Source: a virus
Taxonomy: Duplodnaviria; Caudoviricetes
Length of the DNA stretch: 56,292 nt
Reading direction: 5' to 3' (one strand)
IMG/VR virus record: IMGVR_UViG_3300037847_000441
Span: 1 to 56,292 of that record
Part shown: piece by piece, positions 16,621 to 23,779 of the stretch
How positions within the stretch are numbered: the first letter of the stretch is position 1
How the letters are laid out: each line of letters begins with the position of its first letter
Position numbers and translations under genes: made by a program
The notes under the pieces: model-generated
Seen by the model: the letters and a program-made list of their open reading frames with translations, nothing else
What the model was told of the DNA's origin: nothing
Databases searched by the model: none

Positions 16621-17139
16621 ATGTTAGATCAAACCAATTACGAAACTCCTGTTGACGGTCTTACCGAAATAAATGAGATAGTCGCAGCAGGGTTCAAGGT
16701 AGACAGCACCGGAGAGGCAACCGCAGACATGAAAGCTTCATTCTGCGAGGCACTGCACTCTAAGTTCCGAGAGTTGCCAGGTAGCCCACAAGCAATAGCG
16801 GATGATATCGCAAGGGCAAATGATTTTAAACGCAAGGTTCCGGTATTGGCAGAGGGTCAATCGGTACTGAATAAAAACGGTAACCCTGTTATGGCCAAAA
16901 TAGGCACGGTAGAACCTCCTAAGTGTTATAGAACTGTAGTGTCAATCATGATCAAAGTGTATGACACTAACGGCCAGCTAGAGCAAAGCTTTACAGAGAC
17001 TAGGAAAGCTTATCGAGAGATTTTAGATAGTGAGAAAACCAAGGAGGGCGAGGCCAAAAAGATAGTCAAGAAACTTGGCAAAGATCCCGAATTGATGGTA
17101 ATGGTCCTTGATATTCTTAAAGAAGTGGTAAACGACTAA
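16621..17139 (+). CDS. First early gene, hypothetical
   Basis: 172 aa; GAGGGG RBS; visibly higher GC than the genome. Confidence 0.8.
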   Translation: MLDQTNYETPVDGLTEINEIVAAGFKVDSTGEATADMKASFCEALHSKFRELPGSPQAIADDIARANDFKRKVPVLAEGQSVLNKNGNPVMAKIGTVEPPKCYRTVVSIMIKVYDTNGQLEQSFTETRKAYREILDSEKTKEGEAKKIVKKLGKDPELMVMVLDILKEVVND

Positions 17140-17153
17140 TCAACCCACTCACT

Positions 17154-17218
17154 AGACCGGAAGTAACCTCACGGCTCGTTTCGTGGGGTACTTTCGCACG
17201 TCTGCATTTTACTTTTAT
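17154..17218 (+). terminator. Long bulged RNA hairpin with T-rich tail (terminator or processing site)
   Basis: CGGAAGTA-A-CCTCACGG pairs with TCGTGGGG-TACTTTCG, closed by AGAC/GTCT. Confidence 0.55.
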
Positions 17219-17220
17219 TC

Positions 17221-17241
17221 ATGGTTTACACTGTAAATCAT
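17221..17241. promoter_or_regulatory. Palindromic operator copy 2
   Basis: ATGGTTTACACTGTAAATCAT. Confidence 0.8.
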
Positions 17242-17255
17242 AACGAGGTTATCCG

Positions 17256-17519
17256 ATGAAATTACAGTTTCTTACAGATGGTCGTGTTACTTTTGACCAC
17301 TCCCTAATTGGTAGCGTCAAACGTCTACCTAGTGGCAAGTATCTCGTAACTGATATCAGAGATAATTATAATAACAGCTATCACTATGCTTGCGAGGGTG
17401 ATGCACTAGGCCACTTTTACGTGTTTACAAGTTGGAAACAATACACTAATACAGCACCAAAGCCTATCAGTAGGACAATATACAAGCGAATAAATTGTAA
17501 GATATGGGCCACTAATTAA
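17256..17519 (+). CDS. Early hypothetical protein
   Basis: GAGG RBS; 87 aa. Confidence 0.7.
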   Translation: MKLQFLTDGRVTFDHSLIGSVKRLPSGKYLVTDIRDNYNNSYHYACEGDALGHFYVFTSWKQYTNTAPKPISRTIYKRINCKIWATN

Positions 17520-17520
17520 C

Positions 17521-17541
17521 TATGGTTTACAGTGTAAATTA
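17521..17541. promoter_or_regulatory. Palindromic operator copy 3
   Basis: TATGGTTTACAGTGTAAATTA. Confidence 0.8.
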
Positions 17542-17553
17542 TAAACAGATTGG

Positions 17554-17805
17554 ATGAAACAAATGTTTAACTTGAATGAACAGCAAACCAAAGATATTTT
17601 GGATGGTATGCCACGGTGGAACTGGGGTTTTTATAAAACGTGGGATAAGGCGAAAAATAGAATTGAGGAAATGAGATACACAGAAAAAAGTTTTATGAGG
17701 AGCAATCCTAGAATTAAGAAATGTAAGTCGGGCTATACAATCTCTCTTATTGATTGGAGCAAGGCGTACAAAGAAGTTTCAATAAAGTCTGGAGGAAACA
17801 AATGA
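17554..17805 (+). CDS. Early hypothetical protein
   Basis: ORF track; tiles with neighbours. Confidence 0.65.
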   Translation: MKQMFNLNEQQTKDILDGMPRWNWGFYKTWDKAKNRIEEMRYTEKSFMRSNPRIKKCKSGYTISLIDWSKAYKEVSIKSGGNK

Positions 17806-17882
17806 TGAAAATAATGTGTGAAGGGGTAGCATTTGGTATATTAATAACAGTAATAATATTTATCGGAATGGTGATGGTGTAA
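17802..17882 (+). CDS. 26-aa hydrophobic single-TM peptide
   Basis: Manual: MMKIMCEGVAFGILITVIIFIGMVMV; GGAGG RBS. Confidence 0.6.
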   Translation: MMKIMCEGVAFGILITVIIFIGMVMV

Positions 17883-17883
17883 A

Positions 17884-18096
17884 ATGAAAATAGGATTATT
17901 ATTCATTAGTTTTATATTTCTAATAGCGACTATACCTGTTATAGATATAAACCCATTAGTAGGTACTATGAATTTAATGGTGTCTATTATAGCTTTTATA
18001 GGTTTTCTTTTTGCATTTATAGAAGATTATAAACTTGCAAAAGAATATCCAAACCTATGCGGAAATAGAAAATACTTATTCGGAAGGAGAAGATAA
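17884..18096 (+). CDS. Small 2-TM membrane protein
   Basis: Two hydrophobic segments and a basic tail. Confidence 0.65.
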   Translation: MKIGLLFISFIFLIATIPVIDINPLVGTMNLMVSIIAFIGFLFAFIEDYKLAKEYPNLCGNRKYLFGRRR

Positions 18097-18279
18097 ATGG
18101 ATATCAAAGATTGGAATAATATACAGTTTTGGGAAGAATTGCTTGCAGATCTGAATCTGGAGCAACTGATAGAAATTGATAAAGCTTTTAGTGATGCACT
18201 AAAAAAACAGCCCATTACTAAAATTGATCATAGTCAATACTGGTGTATTGTGAGTATGGGAGGTGATAGAAATGTATAA
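18097..18279 (+). CDS. Early hypothetical protein
   Basis: AAGGA RBS; tiling. Confidence 0.65.
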   Translation: MDIKDWNNIQFWEELLADLNLEQLIEIDKAFSDALKKQPITKIDHSQYWCIVSMGGDRNV

Positions 18280-18856
18280 AAGAGATCAATACGAAATACA
18301 GAGGGCGTGTGAAGCAGATCCCAAATATACAAAAGAGGCAATGTTATTTGTTCTTGATAGCATACAACAAAGATTTCATCTCTTACCTATAATAATTGAG
18401 AAAAGAAGATCACTAGGTATAGAGTCGCCTTATTTAAATAATAATACAAAAAGGCTTGGGTATGAGTTTATCTTGGCAAACTACAAACAACTACACAAAG
18501 ATATATTTGATCCTGATCTATCACTAGCAGAAAAAATATTATCAGTATCAAGTATACCCGGCATTGGTATTGTCAAGGCTGGCTTTGTATTACAGTTATG
18601 TATAGGCAAGGTGGGTTGTCTTGATACTCACAATCTGAGAATGTTTGGGTTTAGTGATAGCGCATTTAAGTTTTCTAAAACCACAACCAGAAACACTGCA
18701 CTCGCAAAAGCGAGATTGTATATAGAAACTTGTGAGAAGCTTGGTGGTAGTGAGTTTCTGTGGGATAATTGGTGCGAGTTTATTGCATCAAAATATCCAA
18801 AACACTTCACCAGTGCCGATCAAGTTAGCCAAATGCACGTCGATCTAATTGTGTAA
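18272..18856 (+). CDS. HhH-GPD DNA glycosylase-like protein
   Basis: SIPGIGIVKAGF helix-hairpin-helix followed by CLDTHNLR; GGAGGT RBS. Confidence 0.6.
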   Translation: MYKRDQYEIQRACEADPKYTKEAMLFVLDSIQQRFHLLPIIIEKRRSLGIESPYLNNNTKRLGYEFILANYKQLHKDIFDPDLSLAEKILSVSSIPGIGIVKAGFVLQLCIGKVGCLDTHNLRMFGFSDSAFKFSKTTTRNTALAKARLYIETCEKLGGSEFLWDNWCEFIASKYPKHFTSADQVSQMHVDLIV

Positions 18857-18885
18857 GTAATCAGCAAGTAATCAGTAAGTAATGA
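18853..18885. repeat. Three tandem 11-bp repeats GYAAGTAATSA
   Basis: gtaagtaatca gcaagtaatca gtaagtaatga. Confidence 0.85.
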
Positions 18886-18900
18886 AGAAGGATAGAGGTA

Positions 18901-19026
18901 ATGGAATGTATTAAATGTAATAAATATTTAGGTGAAAAAGGGGAGAAGGGTGTCCTCTTGAAGGGTAAAAATATCTGTTGCCCCTGTTGGATAAAACAAG
19001 ATAAAGAGAGAAGGATAAACAAATGA
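18901..19026 (+). CDS. 41-aa CxxC...CxxC zinc-ribbon mini-protein
   Basis: Manual: MECIKCNK...ICCPCWIK; ATGA overlap downstream. Confidence 0.6.
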   Translation: MECIKCNKYLGEKGEKGVLLKGKNICCPCWIKQDKERRINK

Positions 19027-19433
19027 CTACTCAATACAAATCACTCAGAGAAAAGATTTCGGCTGAGACAAAAGAGCGCAAAAAGAGATACCAATTCTAT
19101 GAACAAGTAGTTTTAGAGGCTCACATTGTAGCGCATCAGGCGGTAAAGAAACATACGCCTACCCCAATGCACGTCACTGATGGCAAAAATAATTGGGTGA
19201 TAGATGATGGTGTATGTGGGTTTGCTGAAGTCCGACTGCCAAAGGGCAATACCTCATTTGCTAGATGGGCCAAAAAGAATACGGCGTTTGAGAAACATTA
19301 CGGTGGGGGTTTGTATCTCTGGGTATCTGATTACAATCAGTCGATGGAACGCAAAGAGGTATACGCTAGAACATATGCCGATGTTTTAAACAGGCACGGC
19401 ATTGATGCCTACGCTAGTTCGAGAATGGATTAA
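19023..19433 (+). CDS. Conserved phage protein (GVCGFA...QSMERKE...SRMD)
   Basis: Recognisable phage hypothetical family; AAGGA RBS. Confidence 0.8.
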   Translation: MTTQYKSLREKISAETKERKKRYQFYEQVVLEAHIVAHQAVKKHTPTPMHVTDGKNNWVIDDGVCGFAEVRLPKGNTSFARWAKKNTAFEKHYGGGLYLWVSDYNQSMERKEVYARTYADVLNRHGIDAYASSRMD

Positions 19434-19446
19434 GAGGAGTAAACAA

Positions 19447-19686
19447 ATGAAAAAAATAATCCACATTAATCAGCACATCATTAAACGTAACGCCAAAACT
19501 GGAGAACGTGATCCTGTAATTACTTGTAAGACATACAAGTCTAATGACTATGCTCACGAGGTTGCTATTGATGGCCCTTGCAAGATAGTGTATAGTCCAG
19601 ACAAACCGCTATCTTGTGGAGCTAAAGTGTGGATAGAGACAGAGGCGGGAGTAGAATTAAAAATTGTAGAGGAGACTTTAAAATGA
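19447..19686 (+). CDS. Conserved phage protein (IHINQH...KPLSCGAKVWIET)
   Basis: GAGGAG RBS; recognisable family. Confidence 0.8.
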   Translation: MKKIIHINQHIIKRNAKTGERDPVITCKTYKSNDYAHEVAIDGPCKIVYSPDKPLSCGAKVWIETEAGVELKIVEETLK

Positions 19687-20018
19687 AACTGCGTGATGAT
19701 TTAGAAAATAGAATACTTAAAACTGTCCTTAGAAAAATAGATGGTTTTATACATCGTTCTATAGATTTTGAGAATAATTTGGAAGATATATCTGAAACAG
19801 ATTTATGGTTTGATATATATGATCAGGTAGATAATACAAGATATACTGTTAATGTATCTTGGGGATATCCAAGTAAAGAAGATCCTTTCAAAAGTTCGTT
19901 TTCTGTCACCGTCTACCCACTAGAGAAATATCAAAACGAGTTTGGCGAAACACGCTATAGAGACATAACAGATGGGAACGGTGTGGTCCTTGTAGGAAAT
20001 GATTGGGAGAAAGAGTAA
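19683..20018 (+). CDS. Early hypothetical protein
   Basis: GAGGAG RBS before ATG 19683. Confidence 0.7.
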   Translation: MKLRDDLENRILKTVLRKIDGFIHRSIDFENNLEDISETDLWFDIYDQVDNTRYTVNVSWGYPSKEDPFKSSFSVTVYPLEKYQNEFGETRYRDITDGNGVVLVGNDWEKE

Positions 20019-20230
20019 TGCCAAAATATTATTGGAATCATGATAATGACCCTATATCACTTTTTTCTTATGTAAAGAACATCTGTGATAATATAGATGA
20101 TATTTGTGAAAGGCTTAGAGAATTTGATGGAGATATGTATCTATCAGATCTTAGAACTTTATATAAAATGAATTACAAACTTCATAACTTAGTCAGCCAA
20201 ATTAAGAAAGAAGAGAAAGAAAATGAGTAG
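20018..20230 (+). CDS. Early hypothetical protein
   Basis: TAATG coupling; GGAG RBS. Confidence 0.65.
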   Translation: MPKYYWNHDNDPISLFSYVKNICDNIDDICERLREFDGDMYLSDLRTLYKMNYKLHNLVSQIKKEEKENE

Positions 20231-20372
20231 AGATTGGCGAGAAGAGATATCAAGAGAAGAAAGATATAATGAGATACGGACAAAGCTTATACAAAATGGT
20301 ATGCCTGTATATGCTGCTGATGTAGAGGCAGAAATTTTATTAATAAAAGAAGAGAATGAAAAGGGAGAATAG
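20223..20372 (+). CDS. 49-aa hypothetical protein (MSRDWREEIS...)
   Basis: Manual translation; fills the gap. Confidence 0.55.
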   Translation: MSRDWREEISREERYNEIRTKLIQNGMPVYAADVEAEILLIKEENEKGE

Positions 20373-20374
20373 AC

Positions 20375-20587
20375 ATGCCAGTATATGACTTCTTAATTAG
20401 ATGCACTGAGTGTAATGGTGAGGGAGAATACCAACTAAGTCTAAATCCATCTTCCCCTATCTATAAGTGTGGACATTGCAGTGAAGGCTATGTAGAAGTA
20501 GTGGAGAGTTTTGACTGTGAGGGTGATCTTAGACTTGACTATCCAGATGCAGTTGATATAATCGCAGATGAAACAGAGGAGATTTAA
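20375..20587 (+). CDS. DnaJ-type zinc-finger mini-protein
   Basis: CTECNGEG...CGHCSEGY; GGGAG RBS. Confidence 0.7.
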   Translation: MPVYDFLIRCTECNGEGEYQLSLNPSSPIYKCGHCSEGYVEVVESFDCEGDLRLDYPDAVDIIADETEEI

Positions 20588-20588
20588 A

Positions 20589-20798
20589 ATGAGAACATCA
20601 GAACTACAAGTACACAATCTAACAAATATCAAAGTTGTAGAGTATCATAATGATAATTTTAGATGTTTTACAGTATCATTAACGTCTACAGATTATGATG
20701 GTAATAGTTATACAACAGACTTAAAAATATTTTCTGATGATACTGATAAATCATTCCATGATTATATTCCAGAAGAAGAGGTAAAGGTGTTAGACTAA
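20589..20798 (+). CDS. Early hypothetical protein
   Basis: GAGGAG RBS before ATG 20589. Confidence 0.7.
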   Translation: MRTSELQVHNLTNIKVVEYHNDNFRCFTVSLTSTDYDGNSYTTDLKIFSDDTDKSFHDYIPEEEVKVLD

Positions 20799-20968
20799 TG
20801 CAATTAGACACAGCTATGTATAATCATGTTAAAATCTTACAAAATGAGATAGAGATTTTAAAAAGTAAAATTAATCCTAAGATAGGAGGTCAAGGGTATA
20901 TACACACAACTATCAGCACTCTTGAAGAAAGAATACAAGAGATAATAAATCAAAATATGTTAAGGTAA
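20798..20968 (+). CDS. 56-aa coiled-coil hypothetical protein (MQLDTAMYNH...)
   Basis: Manual translation; TAATG coupling. Confidence 0.6.
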   Translation: MQLDTAMYNHVKILQNEIEILKSKINPKIGGQGYIHTTISTLEERIQEIINQNMLR

Positions 20969-20990
20969 GTTTTATAATAGGGGAAAAGAA

Positions 20991-21317
20991 ATGCATAGAG
21001 GAAGAAACTATTCTGATGATTTAGTAGATAATGTTATTACTCTATTTGATGAGGGGTTAACATCTACACAAGTAGCTAAGATAATAAATAAAAGATTTAG
21101 ATCAGAAGCACTTGGTAGATTTACTAGATGTTCCGCACTTAGTATTAAATTTAGGAAAGGAAAATGTGAAAAAAGTAATCGTAATTATTATTACCCACCT
21201 AGAAGATCATATGGCTATACTAAATCATTAGCCTTGAATGAAATTCAAGATAGAAAAACTGAACAAGATGAGATAAACTTATCAAAAGATCGTTTACAAC
21301 TAGCATTGAGAGGATAA
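20991..21317 (+). CDS. GcrA-like helix-turn-helix protein (divergent)
   Basis: YSDDLVDNVITLFDEGLTSTQVAK...TRCSALSIKFR parallels the GcrA N-terminus WTDERV..L..GLSASQIA...TRNAVIGK.HR. Confidence 0.55.
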   Translation: MHRGRNYSDDLVDNVITLFDEGLTSTQVAKIINKRFRSEALGRFTRCSALSIKFRKGKCEKSNRNYYYPPRRSYGYTKSLALNEIQDRKTEQDEINLSKDRLQLALRG

Positions 21318-21321
21318 AAAA

Positions 21322-22197
21322 ATGCAACAGTTACTTGAAACAAGAGACATAATGTTCCCAGTGTACAAGCAGAGTGTGCGAGGCATAGGTGGTAAGATAG
21401 ATGCACCTGATGTCAAGATGCTAACTCGTAGAAACAGCCAAGGTATGGAAGAATATATCTCAGTGGTAAACAAGGACTATCGTGTAGTAGAAAATGCAGA
21501 AATACTTGAACCACTACAGAAGCAGATGATAAACTTCTTTGATCCGCTTGTGCTCCAAGATGTCCATATTAAAGATACTATTCTTAAAAATGGTAGAGTG
21601 TGTTATTCTGAATACATCTTTCCAAAAGTAAAATATGGAATACAGACTGATGTAGGACACAAGACTGAGTTTGGTCTACGATTTGTCATGAAGAATAGTT
21701 TTGATGGTAAGGGATCAGTAGTCATGTGGTCTGGTCTGATAGACTTTTTCTGTACAAATGGTACGGTGACAGGTAAGTATGACGTAACTCGTAAGAGGCA
21801 CACTCGTAACTTCAACAGTGATGGTTTTATCGAAGCGTTTGCTATTACTATGGACAACCACAAAGAAATTGTGGATAGTTATCAGAGACTAGCAGATAAG
21901 AAAGTAAACAGTCTAAAAGTCTTTAACCTATTTAATACTCTTACTAAAACTAAAGATGTTGGAAGGTCTGGTACACTTGCAGACAAGTTATTTAGACAGT
22001 ACAATATTGAGAGGTTTACTCGTGGTGACAATGCTTTCGCCGCAATGTCTGCCATGACACATTACTCCTCACATGGTTATGGTCCATTCAACTTGACTCG
22101 TAGTGGAGATCAGGGTACACTTTACAAACGTCAAGAGAAAGTAACTAATTGGTTACGCTCTGACACTTGGAAAGAGTTTGTTGCTGAAGCTGCTTAG
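21322..22197 (+). CDS. DUF932/DUF945-like phage/plasmid protein
   Basis: YRVVENAE, NSFDG, FCTNG and RHT motifs. Confidence 0.75.
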   Translation: MQQLLETRDIMFPVYKQSVRGIGGKIDAPDVKMLTRRNSQGMEEYISVVNKDYRVVENAEILEPLQKQMINFFDPLVLQDVHIKDTILKNGRVCYSEYIFPKVKYGIQTDVGHKTEFGLRFVMKNSFDGKGSVVMWSGLIDFFCTNGTVTGKYDVTRKRHTRNFNSDGFIEAFAITMDNHKEIVDSYQRLADKKVNSLKVFNLFNTLTKTKDVGRSGTLADKLFRQYNIERFTRGDNAFAAMSAMTHYSSHGYGPFNLTRSGDQGTLYKRQEKVTNWLRSDTWKEFVAEAA

Positions 22198-22210
22198 TGT
22201 GGTAAACTAC

Positions 22211-22256
22211 GGAAAGTAAAGGCTTATTAATTTAAGTTTTTACTTTCCACTTTTTT
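22211..22256 (+). terminator. Intrinsic terminator ending the early region
   Basis: GGAAAGTAAAGGCTTA / TAAGTTTTTACTTTCC followed by ACTTTTTT. Confidence 0.7.
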
Positions 22257-22257
22257 G

Positions 22258-22266
22258 TGATATAAT
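22258..22266 (+). promoter_or_regulatory. Extended -10 promoter
   Basis: TGaTATAAT overlapping the terminator tail. Confidence 0.5.
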
Positions 22267-22274
22267 AGAGGTTC

Positions 22275-22505
22275 ATGATGAAGATTCCTACGTTTACAAA
22301 CGAAAGACAAGTATATAAATATCTCAGAGATGGAGACTCTGATCCAATAGTTCTAACTGCTCTTGATGAATATTGGGAGATCGTTTTATGCGATACCCCT
22401 ACAGATGAAGTAAGTTTTGAAGAATTAAATAGTTGGATAGAGTCTCAAGTAAATATGTTCTGGGCTGGATATGAGGAGTATAGCAATGACATTATCAATG
22501 TATGA
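22275..22505 (+). CDS. Acidic hypothetical protein
   Basis: GAGG RBS. Confidence 0.7.
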   Translation: MMKIPTFTNERQVYKYLRDGDSDPIVLTALDEYWEIVLCDTPTDEVSFEELNSWIESQVNMFWAGYEEYSNDIINV

Positions 22506-22632
22506 GGCTGTAGAAGAAGCAGTAGAAATACTATCTGTGCTACATTTAAATGGTAAAGTAGTAACTTCAGATAATGATAAACTATCTGAGGTTATTCATA
22601 CATTTAATTGTTACTTAGATGAAGGTCATTGA
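22486..22632 (+). CDS. 48-aa hypothetical protein (MTLSMYEAVEE...)
   Basis: Manual translation; GAGGAG RBS. Confidence 0.6.
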   Translation: MTLSMYEAVEEAVEILSVLHLNGKVVTSDNDKLSEVIHTFNCYLDEGH

Positions 22633-22833
22633 ATGACTAAGTTTATTATAACTCAGTATGAAACTGATATAATAAAACATCTTACAGACTTTGATGTTCT
22701 TATATCTGAGAACGATGAGTCTATATGTTTATTTGATACCTATGAAGAAGCTGTAGAATTTTTAATGGATGAAGGTGTTCGTTACGTTAATGGTAGATTT
22801 TTAAACAATGTAAACATAGAGAGGTTACAATGA
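22633..22833 (+). CDS. Hypothetical protein
   Basis: ORF track; tiling. Confidence 0.65.
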   Translation: MTKFIITQYETDIIKHLTDFDVLISENDESICLFDTYEEAVEFLMDEGVRYVNGRFLNNVNIERLQ

Positions 22834-23330
22834 ATATTAATTATAAATTAGTTGTTACTCTTATTTTAGCCACGGTAATGATAGTTCTTATGTCCTCAAG
22901 ATCTAAAGCAGATGAGTTAGCTTGTTTATCTGAGGCTGTTTACTTTGAGGCTAGATCAGAAAGTTTTATAGCGCAGTTGGCTGTAGCTAATGTAGTTTTA
23001 GAAAGAGTTAAGTATGATAATTATCCAGATACAATCTGTGAGGTAGTGCATCAGGGTAAATATATAAATAGTAAACCAATAAGAAATAAATGCCATTTTT
23101 CATATTGGTGTGACGGCAAACCAGAAAGAATAAAAAATATAAAAGCTTACAAAGAAGCTATTGATGCAGCATCTCTTGCTATGCAAGGTGTTAAAATAGA
23201 TATGACACTTGGTGCTACACACTACCATGCTAACTATGTAGATCCTTATTGGAGTAAAAATCCAAGATTTATTTATCTTGGTGCAATAGGCACACATATC
23301 TTTTATGTTGACAGTATATTATTAAAATGA
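22830..23330 (+). CDS. SleB-like cell wall hydrolase (Hydrolase_2) with N-terminal anchor
   Basis: CLSEAVYFEARSE, VANVVLERV, FSYWCDG, GATHYHA, HIFY. Confidence 0.9.
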   Translation: MNINYKLVVTLILATVMIVLMSSRSKADELACLSEAVYFEARSESFIAQLAVANVVLERVKYDNYPDTICEVVHQGKYINSKPIRNKCHFSYWCDGKPERIKNIKAYKEAIDAASLAMQGVKIDMTLGATHYHANYVDPYWSKNPRFIYLGAIGTHIFYVDSILLK

Positions 23331-23336
23331 TAGAAC
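23308..23336 (+). promoter_or_regulatory. Possible sigma70 promoter
   Basis: TTGACA-N17-TAGAAC with TGn. Confidence 0.4.
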
Positions 23337-23461
23337 ATAAACATATTAAACAACTAAAAGATATAATAAGAAAAAGAGATGAAGAAATCGCAGAGTTGCG
23401 AAAGAAACTTTCTCAGTATGAAAAAGATAGTAGAAACAAATGGGTTGAAATAAATGGCTAA
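23327..23461 (+). CDS. 44-aa coiled-coil hypothetical protein
   Basis: Manual translation; ATGA coupling. Confidence 0.55.
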   Translation: MIEHKHIKQLKDIIRKRDEEIAELRKKLSQYEKDSRNKWVEING

Positions 23462-23636
23462 AAATCTTTGGGACAGAGAGAGAAACGATATCTTTAAAGA
23501 CCTTACCAGACAGTATGAAGAAGAGGGTTACTCTCTTAAAGATGCCAAACGTCTTGCTAAAAAAGAGGTTGATGAAGTAATGGAAGACAAAGAAGACATA
23601 GTAAATTATCTATTAAGTGATGACTTGTTTGAATAA
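23454..23636 (+). CDS. Hypothetical protein (YEEEGYSLKDAKRLA)
   Basis: ORF track. Confidence 0.7.
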   Translation: MAKNLWDRERNDIFKDLTRQYEEEGYSLKDAKRLAKKEVDEVMEDKEDIVNYLLSDDLFE

Positions 23637-23638
23637 TT

Positions 23639-23779
23639 ATGTGGAAATTATTTATTAATAATAAAATATTATCTTTAAGTTTTAAAACAAAGAGAGAAGC
23701 AATGGAGGAGATAATAAATAGAGAAGGACTACTTAAATATCTAGGGGTAAAAGATGTATACAGGATTAAAAGAGTATGA
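23639..23779 (+). CDS. 46-aa hypothetical protein (MWKLFINN...)
   Basis: Manual translation; fills the gap. Confidence 0.45.
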   Translation: MWKLFINNKILSLSFKTKREAMEEIINREGLLKYLGVKDVYRIKRV

